Below, in pieces: positions 30,836 through 39,289 of a stretch of DNA of 64,000 nucleotides (position 1 is the stretch's first letter; every line of letters starts with the position of its first letter). Where the stretch lies: contig NZ_CANBCA010000008.1 of assembly GCF_947367035.1 (NCBI RefSeq), forward strand, positions 6,198-70,197, read 5' to 3'. The notes beneath the pieces are model-generated. The model ran no database searches. It saw only the letters and a list, made by a program, of their open reading frames with translations, and was not told where the DNA came from. The position numbers and the translations under genes were made by a program. The stretch is from an uncultured Helicobacter sp. (GTDB taxonomy: Bacteria; Campylobacterota; Campylobacteria; Campylobacterales; Helicobacteraceae).

Positions 30836-32710
30836 TTGTATCATTCTCCCCCATTTTATTATCAAATTGCTGTTTTAAAACACAAAGCGCCATTATTGAC
30901 TTATCAGAGTGAGCAAGTCTTAAATATTGGTGAATTAGTAGAGATTCCACTCAAGGCAAAGTGTGTGCAAGGTGTGGTGTTAAAAGAGTGTGAAGCGCCG
31001 AAGTTTGTTTGTGAAAAATCTGTGCTTTTAGGATTTCAATTTTCTTCCTTACAATCTCAAATTGCAAAATTTATTGCAAGTTATTATTGCACTTCTTATT
31101 CGCTTAGTTTTGGTCTTTTTACCCCTTTTGCCAAAGGATTTGTAAAAGAATTTCAAAAACTACATTTTACACTCAATCCTTTGAATATCCAACAACAACA
31201 AGCCTTAGATTTTATCAACGCAAGGCAAGATTCTTTACTCTTTGGTGATACAGGAAGTGGGAAAACGGAAATTTATATTCATTTACTAAGCCAAACTTTA
31301 AACAAGGGCAAAAACGCGCTTTTTTTGATGCCAGAAATTTCCTTAACTCCACAAATGGAAAAACGTTTAAAAGCAGTCTTTGGTGAATGTCTTGCGTTTT
31401 GGCATTCTAAGGTTACAAGTAAAGCTAAACAACAAATTTTACAAGATTTAAAAGAAGGAAAAGTGAGAATCCTAGCAGGAGCGCGCTCCGCTTTCTTTTT
31501 GCCTCTTGCGAGTTTAGATTTAATCATTATTGATGAAGAACACGATGACGCATATAAATCAAATTCTGCTCCCCGCTATCACACGCGTGATGTTGCTTTG
31601 TATCTTGCAAAAAAGGCAAAAATAAAAATCGTGCTAGGTAGCGCAACTCCTCTAGCAACGACTTATTTGCGTGCTAAAAAGCAAAATGCAATTTTTCGCT
31701 TAAAAGGCACATACTTTCAGACACAAAAAAGCTATCTTTTTTGCTCCAGTAATGATATATTGGATTCTAGTGCGTTGAATGAATTGAGGCAAAACTATAA
31801 TGAGCGCAAACAAGCCATTGTCTTTTTGCCTACACGCGCAAACTTTAAACATTTACTTTGTTCTCAATGTGGTTCTAGTATAGAATGCCCAAATTGCAGT
31901 GTATCCTTAAGTCTGCATAAAAAAGATTCAAGTTTAAAGTGCCATTATTGCCATTTTGCCCAAGCAATTCCAAATTATTGCCCTCAATGTGGGGGTGTGT
32001 TGCAAAGTTTGCGTATGGGGACACAAGAGTTTGCAGGATATTTGAAAGAATCTTTGCCCACAAGTCATATTGTTTGTTTTGACCGTGATTCCATTACCAC
32101 ACAACGCAAACTTAAAAGCATATTAGAAGAATTTAATCGGCAAAAAATTGATATTTTGGTCGGCACACAAATGCTCTCCAAAGGACACGATTATCATAAT
32201 GTGAATTTAAGCGTAATTTTAGGTTTGGATTATCTTTTAAAAGGGAGTGATTATAAAGCAAGAGAAAAGACATTATCCTTGATGTTTCAACTCTCTGGCA
32301 GAAGTGGGCGCAAAGAAAATGGTAGAGTGTTTGTGCAAACTCTACACCAAGAATTTTTTACGAAGTTTTTAGGAGATTATGGGGAGTTTTTGGAAGAAGA
32401 ATTAGCAATGCGGAAGCATTTGTATCCCCCATTTGTGCGCTTAGCTTTAGTGCATTTTGCGCATAAAAATGAGGAGAAAGCACAAGAGTTATTACAAGAG
32501 GCTTTAAAGATTGTAAAGATACAAATCAATACGGAATCTCTAGTCGTAGAAATTGTTGGGAGTGGAATCGCTCCGATTCCACGAATCGCAAACAAATGGC
32601 GTTATATGATAATGTTGCGTTCTAAAAGCTCAAAAAGCCTGCATTTGGCATTGCTTCCCTTACGTTCTTTTGCGTGTGAAATAGATATAGACCCAATAGA
32701 GTTTCTATGA
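30836..32710 (+). CDS. priA: primosomal protein N' (replication restart helicase PriA)
   Basis: Walker A GDTGSGKTE, DEEHD box and a Cys-rich zinc-binding insert (CSQCG...CPNC...CHYC...CPQCG). TTG start. Confidence 0.9.
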   Translation: MYHSPPFYYQIAVLKHKAPLLTYQSEQVLNIGELVEIPLKAKCVQGVVLKECEAPKFVCEKSVLLGFQFSSLQSQIAKFIASYYCTSYSLSFGLFTPFAKGFVKEFQKLHFTLNPLNIQQQQALDFINARQDSLLFGDTGSGKTEIYIHLLSQTLNKGKNALFLMPEISLTPQMEKRLKAVFGECLAFWHSKVTSKAKQQILQDLKEGKVRILAGARSAFFLPLASLDLIIIDEEHDDAYKSNSAPRYHTRDVALYLAKKAKIKIVLGSATPLATTYLRAKKQNAIFRLKGTYFQTQKSYLFCSSNDILDSSALNELRQNYNERKQAIVFLPTRANFKHLLCSQCGSSIECPNCSVSLSLHKKDSSLKCHYCHFAQAIPNYCPQCGGVLQSLRMGTQEFAGYLKESLPTSHIVCFDRDSITTQRKLKSILEEFNRQKIDILVGTQMLSKGHDYHNVNLSVILGLDYLLKGSDYKAREKTLSLMFQLSGRSGRKENGRVFVQTLHQEFFTKFLGDYGEFLEEELAMRKHLYPPFVRLALVHFAHKNEEKAQELLQEALKIVKIQINTESLVVEIVGSGIAPIPRIANKWRYMIMLRSKSSKSLHLALLPLRSFACEIDIDPIEFL

Positions 32711-32833
32711 ATCTCTCCTTGGTTTTGGTAATAACAGCATAGGGATTTATCCTTACAAGCAGTCATCTGACTTCGTATTAATCCATAACTTTAACTTTCT
32801 TAGTGAATGAAATGATAAAATCTTTGTTGTCAA

Positions 32834-32974
32834 TCATTTTCTTTTCTCTCTAAACTCTCTCTTTAATCTAGGTATCTCTTGAAAAAGGAATCTTAAAAAT
32901 CCTCCTTTAACCCAATTCTTATTTGCTTGTATCAAAGCAACTCCAAGTTTATAAGTAAAACATTCTTTTTGTAG
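32834..32974 (-). pseudogene. orphan 46-codon gene fragment
   Basis: The minus-strand frame reads LQKECFTYKLGVALIQANKNWVKGGFLRFLFQEIPRLKREFREKRK*. There is an in-frame stop directly upstream and no start codon. Confidence 0.25.
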
Positions 32975-33025
32975 CTAAAATAAGTGAATACCCTTGTGTG
33001 CAGGAATTTGCACGGGATTGGAAAG

Positions 33026-33495
33026 TTATTTTGTGGAATAATTTAGGAGAAAGAGGAATTTTTCTCTTTGGTAAATGTATTGAAAGTCATTTGTTTCTCT
33101 TTGACTATGGAGTGTGGTTTGTTCTTTTGTCCAGTTTCCAGTTGGGTCATCACGCAACCAAAATTTATGCTTTTTGATGCATTGTGCAGGATTCCCTACG
33201 TAAATAGTGTTGGATTCTTTGATTCCACTTATAATGCTTTTAGCACCAATAATGCTTCCGCTTGGGATAAATATGCCTTTTAGTATCGCACTTTCTTGTC
33301 CGCACCAAATGTGGTCCCGATGTAAATGCTTTTACTAAAATTTACGCCATTGAAAGTAGAATTATCGCCAATATAGCACACTCCATTGGTGGCAACTTCT
33401 ATTTTTCCATTTACGCGAGCGTTTTTTCCTATGAAGACTAAGCCATTATCTCTATGAAATATAATTTGAGTATTTTCCCCGCGAAATAAAGAATA
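33026..33495 (-). pseudogene. hexapeptide-repeat (LbH) acetyltransferase remnant, lacking its 5' end and frameshifted
   Basis: One minus-strand frame reads FRGENTQIIFHRDNGLVFIGKNARVNGKIEVATNGVCYIGDNSTFNGVNFSKSIYIG. A second frame reads DHIWCGQESAILKGIFIPSGSIIGAKSIISGIKESNTIYVGNPAQCIKK...*. The frames join only after a 1-nt shift near 33315-33325. There is no start codon and a stop lies upstream. Confidence 0.6.
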
Positions 33496-33707
33496 TTGTT
33501 AGAACCTAAAAATTATATTTTGTGATTCCTTTGTTGGTTTAAGTTTCCATAAATTATATTTCGTTTTTCTTGAATAGTTTTTTGTATTTTTTAACCTGAA
33601 AATAAAATCCTATTTTTACTCTTTTTATAATTAAGAAGTCCCAAACTTACCTTGTTGTGTTTTAAAGCGAGAAAAGATAGATTTTTGTAAAATTTAAGAG
33701 GTTTCAG

Positions 33708-33944
33708 ATGACGCAACGCAATCTTGCAGGTAAGCTAGATATTAATGTGAAGACTTTAAGAAAATGGAAAAAAGATCGCCCAAAGGTTTATAGGCTTTTG
33801 ATGATTGGATTAAAAGCTGAAAGTATGATTGCAAATTGCAAAGAAAATGCCCGTGCATTAGAGCAGTTAATCCAGTATGAAGAGAGGATAGAATCAGAGA
33901 TAGAGTATCCTAGAGATTCCAAAGGAATAAATACTCCAACTTGA
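33708..33944 (+). CDS. small helix-turn-helix DNA-binding protein
   Basis: 78 aa. MTQRNLAGKLDINVKTLRKWKKDRP is an Xre/Cro-style HTH. An AAGAGG Shine-Dalgarno precedes the ATG. Confidence 0.5.
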   Translation: MTQRNLAGKLDINVKTLRKWKKDRPKVYRLLMIGLKAESMIANCKENARALEQLIQYEERIESEIEYPRDSKGINTPT

Positions 33945-34026
33945 CAAAAAATTGACAAATTATTAAAAAAACTTCATAAACCCCTTTTATAATTTAACTT
34001 ACAATTTTATTTTAAAGGAGTTATTT

Positions 34027-34452
34027 ATGAAAAAGTTAGGTTTAGCGTGTGCTTTTAGTGTATTGGTTGGAGCAAATGCTCTTTTGGCTGCTGATGTAGT
34101 GATTCAACAAAATGAGTTGCCACAAAATTCACAAAAATTCATTCAAACTTATTTTGCGAATGAGAAAGTGGGCTTAGTAGAAAAAAGCTTTAATGATTAT
34201 GAAGTGAAATTCCTCAATGATTCTAAAGTAGAATTTGCAAAAGACGGAGATTGGAGAGAAGTTAAATCTTATGCGCCAATTAGCAATACAGGCTTTATTC
34301 CTCAAGGTGTGCTTAATGGTATTAAAGCAAAATATGCGACTGCAAAAGTTATGGAAATTTCTAAAAGCTACAATGGCTATGAAGTCAAATTAGATAACCA
34401 TAAAGAATTAATTATGGATAAAGAAGGGAAAGTGCTAAGCGAAAAATATTAA
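34027..34452 (+). CDS. periplasmic PepSY-like (DUF2874-type) protein
   Basis: Signal peptide plus two repeats of the pattern LPQ..Q.FI...F....V...E....YEVKL.N..E..F...G. Confidence 0.5.
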   Translation: MKKLGLACAFSVLVGANALLAADVVIQQNELPQNSQKFIQTYFANEKVGLVEKSFNDYEVKFLNDSKVEFAKDGDWREVKSYAPISNTGFIPQGVLNGIKAKYATAKVMEISKSYNGYEVKLDNHKELIMDKEGKVLSEKY

Positions 34453-34535
34453 GATTCTATTATCAATAGAATGTGCAATTGCGCACCACGAAACTTGCAG
34501 TTTTGCAAGTATGTGGGCTTATACTTCACAATATC

Positions 34536-35375
34536 CTAGAAGCTTGGCAGAATCGCACCTTGATAATGGTCTAGGATAAATTGCCTCACTGCCTCACTCT
34601 GAAGAGATTGGATAAGTTTTGTAATTCTTTCATCATTTTCTTTACCACTTTTAACTACCACGATATTAACATAAGGAGAATCTTTGCTCTCAAGTGCAAT
34701 CGCATCATTAAGCGGGTTTAATCCAGCAAGTAAAGCGAAGTTAGTATTAATGACTGATGCGCTGACATCTCCAAGTGCGCGCGCAAGTTGTGGTGCGTCC
34801 ATTTCTTTAAATTTCAAGTTTTTAGGATTTTCTATTATGTCTTGGACGCTTGGGAGTTCTGCACCTTCTTTAATTTTGATGAGTTGATTAGCTTCCAGGA
34901 TTCTAAGTGCGCGTGCGCCATTGCTAGGATCATTAGGCAAAGAAATCATATCACCCTCTTTTAATTCCTCTAAACTTTTAATGCTTTTAGAATATACGCC
35001 CATTGGCTCTAAGTGGATTCCAGCAACACTGATAAGTTTTGTGTTATGCTCTTTATTAAAAGAATCCAAATAGGGCTTGTGTTGGAAAAAGTTTGCGTCT
35101 AATGAGCCATCGTCTAAAGATTTGTTTGGAGTAACATAATCGGTAAATTCTTTTATCTCCAATTCAATTCCCTCTTTCGCTAAAGTCTCTTTCACCTGCT
35201 CTAGCATTACCGCGTGAGGTTCTGGAGTTGCACCGACAATTAACTTTTGTGTTGTTTTGTTTTCTGTATTTTGTGCATTACTTTGGGATTCTACTTTGGA
35301 ATCACAACCACTAAAAACTACGGCAAGAGCTATTGCACCAAGTGCAAGTTTGTTAAAAATCATTTTTTTAAGCAT
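34536..35375 (-). CDS. metQ: methionine ABC transporter substrate-binding lipoprotein
   Basis: Lipobox VVFSGC and an NlpA/MetQ pattern (KLIVGATPEPHA, DANFFQHKPYL). Confidence 0.85.
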   Translation of the reverse strand: MLKKMIFNKLALGAIALAVVFSGCDSKVESQSNAQNTENKTTQKLIVGATPEPHAVMLEQVKETLAKEGIELEIKEFTDYVTPNKSLDDGSLDANFFQHKPYLDSFNKEHNTKLISVAGIHLEPMGVYSKSIKSLEELKEGDMISLPNDPSNGARALRILEANQLIKIKEGAELPSVQDIIENPKNLKFKEMDAPQLARALGDVSASVINTNFALLAGLNPLNDAIALESKDSPYVNIVVVKSGKENDERITKLIQSLQSEAVRQFILDHYQGAILPSF

Positions 35376-35391
35376 TGTTGTCCTTTTAAAA

Positions 35392-36042
35392 TTAATGTTT
35401 TAATTTTTTATACAGAAAATCCCCAAAACTTTGAATTATCTGCACTAGAAAAATTAAAATCAAAACAGTGTATAACATAATATCGCTTTGGAATCTATAA
35501 TATCCATATTTAATTGCAATATCGCCTAATCCACCTCCACCCACAGCTCCAGCCATCGCGCTAAATCCAACAACTAGGATAAGAGCAAGTGTGATTCCAG
35601 AGACAATGCTTGGCAGGGCCTCTACAAACATAATCCGAAAGATAATTTGTAAATTACTTGCACCAAAGCTAAGAGCAGCTTCAATCACTCCTTTATCCAC
35701 TTCTTTAAGCGCATTTTCTATGATACGCACGATAAAGGGTGCTGCGCCAATGCTAAGTGGCACGATTGCTGCACTCGCACCGATACTTTTACCTACAATA
35801 AATTGTGTCAAGGGAAACAGAACCACCATTAAAATTAAAAAAGGAAAAGAACGCAAAGTATTTGTAATGCTATCAAGCGTGCGGAAGATAATTGCATTGG
35901 GGCTTAAGCCATTTGGCGCACAAAGGGTAAGCAAAATGCTTGGCACAATCGCCAAAAGTGTCGCAATCGTTGTTGCAGTTACACTCATATAAAGCGTATC
36001 TAAGGTCGCCTCTAAAAGCAGAGAAATGATTTTGCTATTCAT
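35392..36042 (-). CDS. metI: methionine ABC transporter permease
   Basis: MetI-like permease. I take the start at MNSKIISLL (36042), which overlaps the metN stop by 8 nt. Confidence 0.85.
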   Translation of the reverse strand: MNSKIISLLLEATLDTLYMSVTATTIATLLAIVPSILLTLCAPNGLSPNAIIFRTLDSITNTLRSFPFLILMVVLFPLTQFIVGKSIGASAAIVPLSIGAAPFIVRIIENALKEVDKGVIEAALSFGASNLQIIFRIMFVEALPSIVSGITLALILVVGFSAMAGAVGGGGLGDIAIKYGYYRFQSDIMLYTVLILIFLVQIIQSFGDFLYKKLKH

Positions 36043-37009
36043 TTTGCCCCCCTTGAATAATCTCCCATTGTGCGCCTCGTGCATTCAAGTAATTGCAGAC
36101 TTTTTCTTTAGCGCTTTTATCAATATTAATCACCAAAATGCCTAGCGCGATTCCATTAAAAGACTCCAAATTTCCCCATACGATATTAAAATCCATTTGT
36201 AATTCTCGCGCCATTTGCGTAATAATAGGATTTTGTGCTAGATTTTTAGGAAAATAAATGCGGATATTCAGCCCTTTATTTGGTAAAATCTCATTTTCTC
36301 CTAAAAATTCGCGCATTTTTGGGTCAGGCGAGAGGAATAAATCTTCAATTTTTCCACTTTTTAACACCGCTCCACTTTCCATAAACGCAGCTTCTGCACA
36401 AAGCCGCTTGACTACTTCCATTTCGTGTGTTACAAGCACAATCGTTACGCCTAGTTCTTGATTGATTTGCGCAAGCAAGTCTAAAATAGCACCCGTGATA
36501 CTCGGGTCTAGTGCGCTTGTGGCTTCATCACTTAGGAGTAACATAGGATTCATCACTAATGCCCTTGCAATCGCAACGCGTTGCTTTTGCCCTCCGCTAA
36601 GTTCGTTTGGATATGCCTTTGCTTTGTCTTGCAAACCAACTAATTCTAAAAGATTCTTAATTTTTGCTGGTTGGATTGTCGCTTTGGCACATTGGAGGGG
36701 TAAGATAATGTTTTCATAAACATTTTTGCGCTGAAGGAGTGAGAAATGTTGAAAAATCATTCCAACTTTTTGTCTGAAGGTGCGCAATTCTTTGCCCTTT
36801 AGTTTAGAAATTTCTAATCCATCAATTTGCACACTGCCTTTATTAATCGGTTCTAGTCCATTAAAGGTGCGAAGCAAAGTGCTTTTGCCCGCTCCACTAT
36901 GCCCTACAAGTCCGAAGATTGAGCCTCTTTTAATCTTGAGATTAATGTTTTGAAGCACCTTTAAATCGCCATAACTTTTGCAGAGGTTTTGCACTTGAAT
37001 TAAATCCAT
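36035..37009 (-). CDS. metN: methionine ABC transporter ATP-binding protein
   Basis: Walker A GHSGAGKST, signature LSGGQKQRVAIARA and a C-terminal NIL domain. Confidence 0.9.
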   Translation of the reverse strand: MDLIQVQNLCKSYGDLKVLQNINLKIKRGSIFGLVGHSGAGKSTLLRTFNGLEPINKGSVQIDGLEISKLKGKELRTFRQKVGMIFQHFSLLQRKNVYENIILPLQCAKATIQPAKIKNLLELVGLQDKAKAYPNELSGGQKQRVAIARALVMNPMLLLSDEATSALDPSITGAILDLLAQINQELGVTIVLVTHEMEVVKRLCAEAAFMESGAVLKSGKIEDLFLSPDPKMREFLGENEILPNKGLNIRIYFPKNLAQNPIITQMARELQMDFNIVWGNLESFNGIALGILVINIDKSAKEKVCNYLNARGAQWEIIQGGQNE

Positions 37010-37100
37010 TTTGCCCCTTAATGTTTAACCACTTCATCTTTTTGTATTCAAAATCTGATAAAATTGCGAAATTATAGTAAAAAAAGCTAAAAGGGTTTTT

Positions 37101-37463
37101 ATGCTGCGAAGTTTTGTAAGATTATGGTTGTTAATGTTAGTGTTTTGTGGAATTTTAAGCGCACAACCTTGGGTAATGTTTAGCGATATGGACGACACTT
37201 ATCTATACGACCAAGCAAGCGGGCAGGTGTATATTCGGATAAAAAAGGGTGGCAAAAATTATGAGGATACTTTTGTCAAAATGGGTGTGCAGGATTCTAT
37301 CCATTCCAAACCCACTTCAAAAGCCCAAAAGACTGCACAAAAAGATTCCAAATCCACAGAATCCAAACAAGAAAATGACGCACAAAAAGAACAGCAAGAG
37401 TTGATCAAAAAAGCCCAAGAGTTACAAAGAAGCATACAAGGAAGCATTTTAGGCGGGGAATAG
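37101..37463 (+). CDS. hypothetical secreted K/Q/E-rich protein
   Basis: 120 aa with a signal-like N-terminus (LWLLMLVFCGILSAQP). It is convergent with the last gene of the 37466-44026 operon, 2 nt away. Confidence 0.45.
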   Translation: MLRSFVRLWLLMLVFCGILSAQPWVMFSDMDDTYLYDQASGQVYIRIKKGGKNYEDTFVKMGVQDSIHSKPTSKAQKTAQKDSKSTESKQENDAQKEQQELIKKAQELQRSIQGSILGGE

Positions 37464-37465
37464 AG

Positions 37466-38236
37466 TTAAGCCAAAAAGTATTCGTAATCTTTTGCGAAAA
37501 CTTCCAAAATAGCTTTTGCGACTTTTTGGGATTCCATTATGCCAATCTCGCCTCCGCCAAACTTTAAAACCCTTAAAATCCCTAAATCTAGGAAAAAATG
37601 CGCAACTTTCTTGTAATTTAGCTCACTTTTGCTATCCAAATGTCGGACTTTGTAAATAACACTTTTGTGCGTTATTTTGCCCTTTTCATCAATGAGGATT
37701 CCGCTAAAGGTTTTGTCAAAGCGGTAAGGGACATTGGCTAGGGATTCCAAATAATGTATAAATGTATAGCCGACATATTTATTACCAAAGGTTAAAATTT
37801 TGCCCTTATGTGCTAATAATCTATCAAAAATGCTATTTTTGCCTAAAACTTCCTTACAATCGTGCATTTCTTCGCTTAAATCTCCAATGATTACGCAAGA
37901 AAAAATCGGACAAGAGGTGCGCTTGCCACCAAGCTGCAATAAAGAATTCCCAAGATTGCCTACTTTTGACTTGGAATGCACGATATCAAAAGGCTCATTT
38001 TGACAAAAACTATAAGTAAAAGACGGAATGATGATATTACCGCTTTTGCCGCAGGATTCTATAAAAGCTTGGCAAATAGCTTGATTAAAAGCTTCTCTTG
38101 GAAGCAAAGGAATCCCAAACCTAAAAAATTCTGTATGCACCAAAAGAGTGTCTCCCTCCTTAATGCCAAGATCCCTAAGCATTTCTTGTAAATCCTGCGT
38201 GGTGTAAATCTTTTCTTTAAATCTTAGCCAATCCAT
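37466..38236 (-). CDS. AAC(3)-fold (Antibiotic_NAT family) N-acyltransferase, paralog 2
   Basis: 256 aa. The N-terminal pattern LRDLGIKEGDTLLVHTEFFRFG...GNIIIPSFTY is typical of the aminoglycoside 3-N-acetyltransferase fold. The ATG overlaps the preceding carrier-protein stop (TAATG). Confidence 0.7.
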   Translation of the reverse strand: MDWLRFKEKIYTTQDLQEMLRDLGIKEGDTLLVHTEFFRFGIPLLPREAFNQAICQAFIESCGKSGNIIIPSFTYSFCQNEPFDIVHSKSKVGNLGNSLLQLGGKRTSCPIFSCVIIGDLSEEMHDCKEVLGKNSIFDRLLAHKGKILTFGNKYVGYTFIHYLESLANVPYRFDKTFSGILIDEKGKITHKSVIYKVRHLDSKSELNYKKVAHFFLDLGILRVLKFGGGEIGIMESQKVAKAILEVFAKDYEYFLA

Positions 38237-38463
38237 TAGATTTTTACTCCCTTTTTGCGCAAAAGATTCTTGATAGATTCCAAATTGACATAATCTTGTA
38301 TCTCAATTTCCTCATCAAAAATTGAGATATGATAAGATTGTTCCAAAGCCCCAATCAATGATATTAATGCAAAAGAATCCAAAAAACCTTCTCCAATGAA
38401 ATCTTGACTTCTCAAGTCTATGTCCGCAACAATTTCTTGTAAAATCGTCTCTAAATTATTCAT
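38236..38463 (-). CDS. acyl/peptidyl carrier protein 2
   Basis: 75 aa. The phosphopantetheine-attachment-like motif is GFLDSFALISLIGALE. Its start overlaps the formyltransferase-like gene by 8 nt. Confidence 0.65.
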   Translation of the reverse strand: MNNLETILQEIVADIDLRSQDFIGEGFLDSFALISLIGALEQSYHISIFDEEIEIQDYVNLESIKNLLRKKGVKI

Positions 38464-39277
38464 TACATTCTCCTAAAGTAAAGTCAAATCCAAGCGCATT
38501 TTTTGGATTTGGGGTGTAGTCTAAAATCGCATATTTCTCGCCCTCTAAAAGAATCTTTGGCTTGGGTAAAGATTGGCTTTTGCCACAATCCATACTGCGC
38601 AAAAATGCGCTTTTTTTCTCAAAATTCCAATGCAAATCTAAGATTCCATTGTTTGGCAAATCCCTTGCGCTGTGCAATGTAGAATTGTTGCTGCCTTCTT
38701 GTGCTTTTAAGGATAGATTCCACTGCATTAGAGAATCGCAAATCTCCACAAGGGCATTAAAGCCTAACTGGATCTGTTCTTGCGTGAGTTTCAAGTAAGT
38801 GTAGGTAGAATCTAGCGGAATGGATTTTTGAATGATAATGTCTCCACAATCAATTCCACTAGACACACAATGCCAAGTGATTCCACTTGCAGAATCCTGC
38901 TCAAAAATACTCCACATTTGTGCATTTAAGCCACGATGTAGAGGTAAAAGAGAGTTGTGATAATTGATGATTTTTAAGGCTTTATTTCGCAAAAGTTTTG
39001 GTGGAAAAAGATAATAATTGTGCGCACTAATGATAAGGGTAGGGGTTTGAAATGTTTTAAGATAATCCTCTAAGGTGGTTTTGTCGCAGAAGTTTGTATA
39101 GGGGATTTTTGAAGTTTTGCACCAAGCGCTAAAGAGTGAAAAATGCGATTCCAAATAAGAGGCGCAAAGGAGTTTGGGATAAGAATCTGCACACATCTCC
39201 TTTAGTTTCTTTGCGATATTGAGTGCTAGAGTGCCTGTGCCTAGAATTAAGATTTGTTCAAATACAACCCCTCTCAC
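38456..39277 (-). CDS. formyltransferase-family protein (Fmt/ArnA N-domain-like)
   Basis: 273 aa. It has a Rossmann-like N-terminus (ILILGTGT). The Asn/His/Asp catalytic pattern is INYHNSLLPLHRG...GIDCGDII. GTG start at 39277. Confidence 0.7.
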   Translation of the reverse strand: MRGVVFEQILILGTGTLALNIAKKLKEMCADSYPKLLCASYLESHFSLFSAWCKTSKIPYTNFCDKTTLEDYLKTFQTPTLIISAHNYYLFPPKLLRNKALKIINYHNSLLPLHRGLNAQMWSIFEQDSASGITWHCVSSGIDCGDIIIQKSIPLDSTYTYLKLTQEQIQLGFNALVEICDSLMQWNLSLKAQEGSNNSTLHSARDLPNNGILDLHWNFEKKSAFLRSMDCGKSQSLPKPKILLEGEKYAILDYTPNPKNALGFDFTLGECNE

Positions 39278-39289
39278 GCTGCAACCCTT

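Noticed and set aside
33068-33283. 71-aa + strand ORF
   Set aside because: It lies antisense to the readable hexapeptide acetyltransferase remnant. It is Cys/Phe-rich nonsense typical of a shadow frame.
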